Source of the DNA: a virus
Taxonomy: Duplodnaviria > Caudoviricetes
Reading direction: 5' to 3' (one strand)
DNA length: 54,186 bases
Virus record (IMG/VR): IMGVR_UViG_3300022744_000034
Span: 1 to 54,186 of that record
Shown here: piece after piece, positions 25,712 through 33,180 of the stretch
Numbering within the stretch: the first letter of the stretch is position 1
Layout: every line of letters begins with the position of its first letter
Notes under the pieces: model-generated
The model's input: only the letters and a program-made list of their open reading frames with translations
Told to the model about the DNA's origin: nothing
Databases searched by the model: none
Translations under genes and position numbers: made by a program

Positions 25712-26073
25712 GCGACATCATTAGAAGGTTCAACTCGTTGCCGCTGGACAGGCAGGAAAATATCAAGCAGATCATCGCCAGATACGACGAGAAATGCTTT
25801 CACAACGACGGCAAAGAGAACGACTGGTCACACCTGAACTGCCCGTCATGCGGAGGAAGCGGCCACGTCGAAGATGCTACCGCAGAGCAGGACTCTCGCC
25901 AGAAGCAGGCGCGGATTGAGCGGCTGGAAGCTGCGGTGAAGGAGTTGCGGGATTCGCTTTTCGGGCTTACCGAATACGCAGCAACAAGCGACGAGTGTCA
26001 ATATGGAACGCTTGCCACGTCGTTTGTTCGAAACGTCGCACTAGAAGCACTCAAGAACACGGAGGATGTGTGA
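25708..26073 (+). CDS. Hypothetical protein with CPSCGGSG motif
   Basis: GGAGG RBS; overlap coupling. Confidence 0.65.
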   Translation: MSDIIRRFNSLPLDRQENIKQIIARYDEKCFHNDGKENDWSHLNCPSCGGSGHVEDATAEQDSRQKQARIERLEAAVKELRDSLFGLTEYAATSDECQYGTLATSFVRNVALEALKNTEDV

Positions 26074-26213
26074 TGGAACTCGGTATCGCGCTATTTCTGG
26101 CCTTCACGCCAATCCTCATGTACTTCAACGCACAAGAAAGGCGGACTCACCTGGAAATAATGAAGAGCTTGGAGGTTGAGCGCCTGAAATATGAGGCGCT
26201 GCTGAAAGAATGA
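26073..26213 (+). CDS. 46-aa membrane peptide
   Basis: TGATG coupling; MELGIALFLAFTPILMYF. Confidence 0.55.
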   Translation: MELGIALFLAFTPILMYFNAQERRTHLEIMKSLEVERLKYEALLKE

Positions 26214-26455
26214 TCCACTTCAAAGACAAGACCTTCTGTGCCGATGCAGATCAATGCGCCACTCAAGACTGCCACCGCAGGCTGACTGATGACGACATGG
26301 AAAACCCCAATCTCATTGGACTGCCAACCTCAATGAGTTCGTTCAAGGAAGGGTGCATCATTTTTACACTACCGAATAAGGAGAGAACCATGAAAGTGAT
26401 CATCGAGAAGTTCGTGATCAACAACTTCGTGCTGTACCGTGCGAAACGAGGCTGA
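26210..26455 (+). CDS. Cys-containing hypothetical protein
   Basis: FKDKTFC...C...C.R pattern. Confidence 0.6.
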   Translation: MIHFKDKTFCADADQCATQDCHRRLTDDDMENPNLIGLPTSMSSFKEGCIIFTLPNKERTMKVIIEKFVINNFVLYRAKRG

Positions 26456-26458
26456 ATC

Positions 26459-26815
26459 ATGAAGATCAAAACCAGTGAGATCCTCGGCCCTGCCCTGAAT
26501 TGGGCGGTGGCTGTAGCAGCAAAGAAGCTCCCAATCAGTCACCTACCCTCCAGCAAACACTTCTGGAGCCCCTCAACCATTTGGGCACAAGGCGGGCCGA
26601 TCATCGATCGTGAGAAGATAAAAGTCGCCCCAAATCTAGGCGGTACATGGAGCGCTCAAATCCGCCACACCAAGGATCATCCGCTAGTAGCCCACCCCGT
26701 TCTGACGGGTTGGACAAACAAACATGGCCCCACACCCCTCATCGCTGCCATGCGGTGCTATTGCGCCTCTGTCCTGGGGGACGAGGTTGATGTTCCTGAG
26801 GAGCTACTGAAATGA
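26459..26815 (+). CDS. DUF2591/NinX-like protein
   Basis: GPALNWAVA...SPST.WAQGGPII...GPTPLIAAMRC...LGDEVDVPEEL. Confidence 0.8.
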   Translation: MKIKTSEILGPALNWAVAVAAKKLPISHLPSSKHFWSPSTIWAQGGPIIDREKIKVAPNLGGTWSAQIRHTKDHPLVAHPVLTGWTNKHGPTPLIAAMRCYCASVLGDEVDVPEELLK

Positions 26816-27102
26816 CCAAGCAACGGTTGGGTTTAAAAGAAGCCTGCCGAAAGTACGTTCACCGCTTTACCATGGAGCATGTGCCTGCGTGGGGACTCAG
26901 GCGCCCCATCGACCACGGAGGTACCGCAACTTGGTACTACGCTCCACTGTACCGTACCGACCAGGAGTGGTACGACAATACGATCTTCTTTGGTGAGCCG
27001 GGTTTCATTGGACCGAATGCCGATTCATGCTACTCCGCTAATCATACCTGGCCGCTGGGGCAACACCTTGATCAACCTTTCAGGAAAGAGATGAAGTCAT
27101 GA
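26812..27102 (+). CDS. Hypothetical phage protein
   Basis: YVHRFTMEHVPAW...YAP.Y.TD.EWY...TWPLG. Confidence 0.7.
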   Translation: MTKQRLGLKEACRKYVHRFTMEHVPAWGLRRPIDHGGTATWYYAPLYRTDQEWYDNTIFFGEPGFIGPNADSCYSANHTWPLGQHLDQPFRKEMKS

Positions 27103-27335
27103 AACCTTACAACGGCCACAAAAGCTACGACTACTGGAACGTGTCCCTGTGGATCAACAACGATGAGGGGCTGTACCGCCACGCTTTGAGCCTGCTAAGG
27201 GAAGAGAAATTACCTCGGTTGGAAGCGGCTCGGCGTATGCTGGACGATCTTCACGAAATGGACATCACCCATACTCCAGATGGGGCCAGATACAACATCC
27301 GGCGCATTTACCATGCAATGGAAGGCATGGTTTAG
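27099..27335 (+). CDS. Hypothetical phage protein
   Basis: YNGH..Y..WNVSLWINNDEGLY...TPDGARY. Confidence 0.75.
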   Translation: MKPYNGHKSYDYWNVSLWINNDEGLYRHALSLLREEKLPRLEAARRMLDDLHEMDITHTPDGARYNIRRIYHAMEGMV

Positions 27336-27476
27336 GTGAGGCGGTTCCACCGCTGTGGTAAAGTACGACTGGTCTCCGTAAGGGACCACCTATAAGCAAG
27401 CCGCCGACCCTGGGAGTCGCGCTCCGGGGCGTTTCTTGATAACAACAGCCTTCGGGATAATGGCGGCGGCTTCCTT

Positions 27477-27553
27477 GTGGGTGTAGCTCAGTTGGTAGAG
27501 CGGGACGTTTATTCTAGATAGTCTGCGCGCTGGTTCGAGTCCAGCCACCCACT
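27477..27553 (+). tRNA. tRNA-like gene with irregular anticodon arm; best 7-nt loop gives anticodon CUA (amber-suppressor-like)
   Basis: Acceptor GTGGGTG/CACCCAC; D arm GCTC-AGTTGGTA-GAGC; T arm GCTGG-TTCGAGT-CCAGC; loop TTCTAGA; ends T-TCA, not CCA. Confidence 0.7.
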
Positions 27554-27569
27554 TCAATTTTTACCAACC

Positions 27570-27594
27570 AAACCCGCCTCGTGCGGGTTTATTT
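27570..27594 (+). terminator. Intrinsic terminator after the tRNA-like gene
   Basis: AAACCCGC-CTCGT-GCGGGTTT ATTT. Confidence 0.6.
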
Positions 27595-27608
27595 ATGGAG
27601 AAACTGAA

Positions 27609-27821
27609 ATGAACATAAAAGACGAACTGCACTGCGTTGCGCTGGGCCACCCCAGCGAAGGTAGCCGCTACTTCATCTTCAACGCAGAAGACGACGTTGA
27701 TGCAAGGGCTATTGCCAAAGAGTTTGCCAATAGTTGGCTGGACGAAGGCTGGCACATGATCGGCTTTGGCCCTGCCATTGACTACTGTGACGGCAACATC
27801 CTTGAAATCTGCACGTTCTGA
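27609..27821 (+). CDS. Hypothetical protein
   Basis: GGAGA RBS. Confidence 0.65.
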   Translation: MNIKDELHCVALGHPSEGSRYFIFNAEDDVDARAIAKEFANSWLDEGWHMIGFGPAIDYCDGNILEICTF

Positions 27822-27833
27822 GGAACCTCAGAA

Positions 27834-28022
27834 ATGACCAACAAGTGGGTCGTTGTCATTTATGCAGGTGAAGACCGCCAAGAGGTTGTTTGCGAGTGCC
27901 GTACTTACGACGATGCCTGGACTGCGTACCATGAGCAGTTCACCAACGACGATGAGCGCGACGAATTGGGCGCCGACATCATGAAGCGCCTGGACGACGG
28001 AAGCCTGACTACGGAGTATTAA
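27834..28022 (+). CDS. Acidic hypothetical protein
   Basis: GAGG RBS; ends DDGSLTTEY. Confidence 0.65.
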   Translation: MTNKWVVVIYAGEDRQEVVCECRTYDDAWTAYHEQFTNDDERDELGADIMKRLDDGSLTTEY

Positions 28023-28023
28023 A

Positions 28024-28239
28024 ATGGTCGATATGGGGCAGGCCGACGGGTCGCTGAGAATACGTCAGCCCACACTGCGATACGGCTGGGAAGACGTTAA
28101 AGATCCGGTAAGCGTAAGTAATGGCGATTTGTGTGTTATCAGGTCCAGCAATGGAAGCCCTGAGGTTCTACGAATTGAACCGCAGACTTCCTATAGGGAA
28201 TGGGCTGGCTGTTTCACGTACTGCGGAGTACTGAAATGA
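28024..28239 (+). CDS. Hypothetical protein
   Basis: GGAG RBS; ATGA overlap with ardA. Confidence 0.5.
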   Translation: MVDMGQADGSLRIRQPTLRYGWEDVKDPVSVSNGDLCVIRSSNGSPEVLRIEPQTSYREWAGCFTYCGVLK

Positions 28240-28724
28240 AAGTGTTTGTCTCAACATATGCCAAATATTACGCCGGTAGCCTCGAGGGCGAGTGGCTGGA
28301 CCTTGAAGACTACAAAGACAAGGACGAGTTTCTGGAGGCGTGCAAGAAACTGCACGACGATGAAGGCTACCCCGAGTTTATGTTCCAGGACAGCGAGGGT
28401 ATCCCGTCCGGGATGGTGAGCGAGTCCTACATCGATGAGAAGTGCTGGGAAGTGCTCGAAGCCTACGACGAGTTTGACGAGGATGCGGTGAAGGCGTATT
28501 GCTACATCTTCTCCGGCTGGGACAAACAGGATTTCCAAGACCGCTACCACGGCAAATACGAGTCGTGGGGGGACATGGCCGAAGAATTGCTGGAAGAGAC
28601 CGGCGAGATTGAGTCGATCCCGGAGAACCTGCGCTTTTACTTCGACTACGAGAAGTACGCTAACGACCTCCGCATCGGTGGCGACTTCTGTGAGCATGAC
28701 GGGTATTACTTCTGGAACCACTAA
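28236..28724 (+). CDS. ardA: ArdA antirestriction DNA-mimic protein
   Basis: TYAKY.AGSL.GEWLDL...EFMFQD.EGIP...IPENLRFYFDYEKYANDL; very acidic. Confidence 0.9.
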   Translation: MKVFVSTYAKYYAGSLEGEWLDLEDYKDKDEFLEACKKLHDDEGYPEFMFQDSEGIPSGMVSESYIDEKCWEVLEAYDEFDEDAVKAYCYIFSGWDKQDFQDRYHGKYESWGDMAEELLEETGEIESIPENLRFYFDYEKYANDLRIGGDFCEHDGYYFWNH

Positions 28725-28726
28725 TC

Positions 28727-29116
28727 ATGAAACCTGTACCACTTTACAGAAGGTTGGCAACTCTCGTGACGGCGATTCGTAACTGCGAGCGGAGCGGTAA
28801 CGTAGCGTGGGGAGATAAGCACAAGGTGCTGCTGGAACACCTAGTGCGCGAGAACATGCCGAGCGGTGGCGGATTTGACAGCGGTACCAAGTTTGACATC
28901 GAGGCGTCGACGCCGGAAAAGTTGGTGTTCGATACATCTTTCCACCACATGGATGATTTTGGTGGTTACGCGGGTTGGACCCACCATCGAATCACGGTCA
29001 AGCCATCGCTGATGCTCGGCTTTCACCTCGTCGTCAGCGGCCGCAACCGTAATGAGATCAAAGATTACATTTACGAAGCATTCGACAACTCTCTTCGCAC
29101 GGAGGTGTCAGAATGA
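28727..29116 (+). CDS. Hypothetical phage protein
   Basis: MPSGGGFDSGT...FHHMDD.G.Y.GWT.H motif. Confidence 0.75.
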   Translation: MKPVPLYRRLATLVTAIRNCERSGNVAWGDKHKVLLEHLVRENMPSGGGFDSGTKFDIEASTPEKLVFDTSFHHMDDFGGYAGWTHHRITVKPSLMLGFHLVVSGRNRNEIKDYIYEAFDNSLRTEVSE

Positions 29117-29508
29117 AACTTCACGCACCCTTCAAAATCAGCGCCCGCCTCGGGCCGTCGCTGCAGATCGGCGATAGTTGGATCACGCTCATGGGGGTAA
29201 AGCCTGACCCTAGTGGGCGAGAGCGCGCCACGTTCGCTATCGACACCCCGGACTTCGAGCACGTCGACAGCGATCTGCAGTCAGGTATTGGCGGCTTTCG
29301 CTCGATGGTGGAAGTGTTCGAGAGCTACCTCGCTTTCCTAGAAGCGGCTGCTGAAGCCTACGGGTATGGGCCGAAGTCCGAAAACTACAACCTGTTCCCG
29401 CCCAATGTGACGGAGTGGGCTCATGCGCATAACAACGACCTGTCGATGGCGCGATCCGACATATGCGACGAGAACGGCAACGTTCTCGAAGACCTGATTA
29501 CGCTGTAA
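29113..29508 (+). CDS. Hypothetical protein
   Basis: GGAGG RBS; ATGA overlap. Confidence 0.7.
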   Translation: MKLHAPFKISARLGPSLQIGDSWITLMGVKPDPSGRERATFAIDTPDFEHVDSDLQSGIGGFRSMVEVFESYLAFLEAAAEAYGYGPKSENYNLFPPNVTEWAHAHNNDLSMARSDICDENGNVLEDLITL

Positions 29509-29525
29509 CGACCTGGAGAAACGAA

Positions 29526-29816
29526 ATGGGAATCGAATTTTCTGCCGTGCTGATGGTCGGCCTGCCATACAACGACGTGGCCGAGGTCAAAGGTATCGAC
29601 GACATGCTACATGAGGGCACGATCGACTATGCTTCACCATACTACGACGCACCACTCCTGGAGTGGTGCGTCGGCATCCGTGTCGCTGGTAGTGGGGATT
29701 ACTCGTACTCGAAGATTGCGCCGCTGGATTCAGACGTACTCGAAGCGGCGAAGTGTAAGTTCCGGGAAATGACCGGGATGGAAGGCAAGGTGTATATCTC
29801 TGTCGATGCTTCGTGA
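29526..29816 (+). CDS. Hypothetical protein
   Basis: GGAGA RBS before ATG 29526. Confidence 0.65.
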   Translation: MGIEFSAVLMVGLPYNDVAEVKGIDDMLHEGTIDYASPYYDAPLLEWCVGIRVAGSGDYSYSKIAPLDSDVLEAAKCKFREMTGMEGKVYISVDAS

Positions 29817-29891
29817 GGTGACGTGACTGCCAGCCAGCCACAACGTTGAAGAATCGGTGAAAGCCGTAGATGTACTTTGAGGAGAGTTGAG

Positions 29892-30110
29892 ATGGGGTAC
29901 TACTGTCAGCCCTGCAAGACGGCAGGGCAGATTAGCCTAGCGGGCAAGGTGCGCATGGAGGTTGTTCTGTGCAAACCCGACGAAGCGGAGTTCTACGGAT
30001 GCTATCGCAAGTTCGAAGACGGCTCGTGTTCCTGGGTGGCAGACTTTGCGTCGCAGTCTGACGCAGTGGAATTCTGTTACTACAGAAACAAGGAGGCCGA
30101 TGAGTATTGA
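29892..30110 (+). CDS. Hypothetical protein
   Basis: GAGGAGA RBS before ATG 29892. Confidence 0.55.
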   Translation: MGYYCQPCKTAGQISLAGKVRMEVVLCKPDEAEFYGCYRKFEDGSCSWVADFASQSDAVEFCYYRNKEADEY

Positions 30111-30173
30111 CCGTCAGCCAGCCTATGAAGTAGCCACATTCGATAGGTGTCGCAAATTTAAGGAGATGCTACG

Positions 30174-30455
30174 ATGAACATCACTTTCTCAGCCATCGGC
30201 CTCGATTTCGAGGCCGATGTTTCCTTTACGCCGGGGGTTCCAGGCACCTACTGGGACCCGCCCGAGGAAGGTGAGTTTGAGATCGGCAGCCTAACGTGCG
30301 ACGGGGTCAACGTCGAGTTCCTGCTGGACTCACAGGTCGGCGACACGATCTTCTCTGCAGCCTGGGACGCGGCCGAGAAGCGGGACAAGGCAGTTGCGCG
30401 GGAGCACATGGAAGATCGCGCGGCCGATCGCTTGCTGGATACGCAGGAAGCCTGA
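30174..30455 (+). CDS. Acidic hypothetical protein
   Basis: AAGGAG RBS; YWDPPE motif. Confidence 0.7.
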   Translation: MNITFSAIGLDFEADVSFTPGVPGTYWDPPEEGEFEIGSLTCDGVNVEFLLDSQVGDTIFSAAWDAAEKRDKAVAREHMEDRAADRLLDTQEA

Positions 30456-30561
30456 CGCAGCACACAACTCAGCACAATACTCAGCACTGAAAGCAAAACA
30501 AAAGAACAGGATTTACATGTCACCTTAAGCAACATAGCACACAAACTATCAGGAGACTCAA

Positions 30562-30836
30562 ATGGAAAGGACCTACGTTGTCAGCACCACGATTGACTGC
30601 CTGGCTATGTCAAGAACACCCTTTTTGTCCGGTTCAAGTCCGGCTGCTCGTACAGTTACGACGGGGTGAGGTACAGCGTTTTTGACGCCTTGAGCAAGGC
30701 TGAGAGCGTGGGCAGTTCTTTCCATCGCCTGATAAAAGGGAAGTATCGATACACCAAATTGGGCTATGACCCTTTCGCTGCCAAAAAGGATAACAATGTT
30801 GCTCGACATTCAGACGAACGCTTCGGGTTTGTATGA
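30562..30836 (+). pseudogene. KTSC-domain gene split by a 1-nt frameshift near 30602
   Basis: AGGAGA-ATG gives MERTYVVSTTIDCL; the -1 frame continues GYVKNTLFVRFKSGCSYSYDGV...AESVGSSFHRLIKGKY, a KTSC consensus. Confidence 0.75.
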
Positions 30837-31158
30837 ACTACGGCCCACTTCAGGCCCGTTGAAAGGCCTACTTGTGGCCACTGCGGAGGTCATCGTGCCG
30901 TATATTGAAACGCGCGAGGGATCTCAACTGCGCAGCGCGTGGGGTATAAGCATCAAGAACGACGCTATTCACGACTACCCGGAACTGTTGCAGGCGATGG
31001 GCATCCGGCGCAGACTGAACGTTCCGCCCGCCCTTCGGGCGAGGAAAGTGCGTGACTGGCGCACGGCGCGTATGCCGGACCGGGACAATGCGGAGTACCT
31101 GGCCCATCGCAAAGAGGAGGGGTTGAAGCGGGCTAAGCGGCATCTGGACCGAGTCTGA
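30796..31158 (+). CDS. Hypothetical protein
   Basis: AAGGA RBS before ATG 30796. Confidence 0.55.
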   Translation: MLLDIQTNASGLYELRPTSGPLKGLLVATAEVIVPYIETREGSQLRSAWGISIKNDAIHDYPELLQAMGIRRRLNVPPALRARKVRDWRTARMPDRDNAEYLAHRKEEGLKRAKRHLDRV

Positions 31159-31212
31159 CCGTCAGCGCGGCGCATAGCCATGTCGGTGTGCGCCGCCTAC
31201 TTTGGAGGAACA

Positions 31213-31620
31213 ATGGGAATCCTTGAAGCCAACGTTCGTTATTTTCCGTATGAAATGCCGAGCGTCCGATGGACGCAACAAAACTTCTGTGTTGACAAGA
31301 TCAAGATGAACTTGCTGTGGCTTGTCATGCCCGAGGTCGACGACCTCGTCACCCAGCCGTGGGCGGGCAACGACATCAGCCGCAGCATCGACACCTACCT
31401 ATACCGGGATCTGCGACGATCCCTGTCCGGCCCGCCGATCGAGTTCATGCGCGACTTCATGATGCTCGACAGCGACAGCCTGGAACTTACCGCGCCGTGG
31501 CCCTCAGACTACCTCAAGACCATGTGGGCGAGGGCGCGAGAGGCCAACGCGAGACTGATTGGCGAACTGGGCGTCAACGTTGTCCGCGTTGACTTCACGA
31601 CAGGCAGACGATTCGGATAA
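31213..31620 (+). CDS. Hypothetical protein
   Basis: GGAGG RBS; C-terminal NVVRVDF. Confidence 0.65.
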   Translation: MGILEANVRYFPYEMPSVRWTQQNFCVDKIKMNLLWLVMPEVDDLVTQPWAGNDISRSIDTYLYRDLRRSLSGPPIEFMRDFMMLDSDSLELTAPWPSDYLKTMWARAREANARLIGELGVNVVRVDFTTGRRFG

Positions 31621-31659
31621 AAAGAACTTACGCCGATAACTATAACAATAGGGCGCAAC

Positions 31660-33072
31660 ATGAACGCAGTTATTTCAGAGGTCGATAGCTACGACTTCGT
31701 CAGGAGCGAAGGAAAGTTTCCGATCGAGTTGTATCCATTTCAGCAGAAGTCCGTGCGTGAGTTGTCTGCACTAGATAGGCTGGCGCTCTACTTCGACGTA
31801 GGCACCGGCAAGACTTTAACAAGCCTTGCAATAGCAAAGTACAAGCTGATGACTGCCATGGTCGACACGGTACTTATTATCGTGCCGCCCGTCTTGCTGA
31901 CCAACTGGTCGAGAAACATTGCGCGCCTGCCGAACTCGACGCAGGTTGTGTATGCCGGTACGCCAGTTCAGCGCAAAAAACTGGACCTCGACAAGCAGTT
32001 TGTCATCGTCGGCATTCAGATTTTCAAGCGCGACTACAAGTACCTCGTTGATCATCTCGGCGACAAGGCTGTGTTTGGCATCGTCGACGAGGCGCAGATG
32101 CTGAAGAACCCCGGCTCCGACAACTTCAGGAAGGTCCGCGACTTCTTCGTGTCCAAGCAGTTGTGCCTGCTGACGGGGACGCCGATGTCCGTACCAGAAG
32201 ACGCCTACGCGCTCATTAAGTTGGTGTCGCCAAAGGTTTATGCGACGCAGTATCAATTTGAGTCCATTCACGTTACTGAGCGCGACTTCCTAAGTAACAA
32301 GCCAAAAGCCTATGGCAACCTAGATATGCTTACCCGCAACCTGATGTTGAATGCGCATCGGGTTCTTAAAGAGGACGTGCTCCACGATCTACCTGAACTC
32401 ACCTACACACCACTGTACTACGACCTTGACCCTGAACACCTGCGCCTATATCAGAAGCTCGCCGATGAGCAGATGGTCAAGCTGACCAATGGCGAGAAGA
32501 TCGACCTCACGAATGTCAGCGCGCTTTACCAGGCGCTGCAGCAGATCCCGAACAACGCCGAGCACTTCAGCGAAGGTAAGGTACAGAGCACGGTGCTGGA
32601 CCTGATCGACGAGGTGCTTGAAGAATTGAATGGGCGCAAACTCGTGATCTTCTGCCACTACAGAATGACGACTCAGCGGCTGCTCAAGCATCTGGAGCGG
32701 CTCAATGCTGTTGCTCTGTTCGGTGGTACGGCTTCGTCTGAACGTCAGAAGAACATCGACAGGTTTGTTGAAGACGCAAACTGTAAAGTCATTATCCTTC
32801 AACATAAGTCAGGAGGCGCTGGTATAGATTCGCTCCAGCATGTATGTCGCGACATTTTAATGGTGGAGTTGCCCTATCGTGCTGCTGACCTTCATCAAGC
32901 AGTTGCCCGCGTCCATCGTGCAGGGCAGAAGAACGGGGTCAACTGCCGGATCGCCATCGCGCAGAAGACCTTGCAGGTCCGGCTGTGGCAGTTCGTTCAG
33001 GACAACGACAGCCTGATTAACACGGTGATCCGAGGCCCGCAAGATATTCGGGACGCGATCGCTGGCCGGTAA
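31660..33072 (+). CDS. SNF2-family (SF2) helicase
   Basis: LYPFQ, GTGKT, IVDEAQ, LTGTP, VIFC, GAGID, QAVARVHRAGQ. Confidence 0.9.
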   Translation: MNAVISEVDSYDFVRSEGKFPIELYPFQQKSVRELSALDRLALYFDVGTGKTLTSLAIAKYKLMTAMVDTVLIIVPPVLLTNWSRNIARLPNSTQVVYAGTPVQRKKLDLDKQFVIVGIQIFKRDYKYLVDHLGDKAVFGIVDEAQMLKNPGSDNFRKVRDFFVSKQLCLLTGTPMSVPEDAYALIKLVSPKVYATQYQFESIHVTERDFLSNKPKAYGNLDMLTRNLMLNAHRVLKEDVLHDLPELTYTPLYYDLDPEHLRLYQKLADEQMVKLTNGEKIDLTNVSALYQALQQIPNNAEHFSEGKVQSTVLDLIDEVLEELNGRKLVIFCHYRMTTQRLLKHLERLNAVALFGGTASSERQKNIDRFVEDANCKVIILQHKSGGAGIDSLQHVCRDILMVELPYRAADLHQAVARVHRAGQKNGVNCRIAIAQKTLQVRLWQFVQDNDSLINTVIRGPQDIRDAIAGR

Positions 33073-33180
33073 GGTTGCCACAACCAGCAGCACGCTCAAG
33101 TTTCAAGAACATCAATTTGCGGAGACCCGTGGCGTTGGGTTACGCTCGACCGCCTGCCAGAATAATAAGGATAAAAGGCC

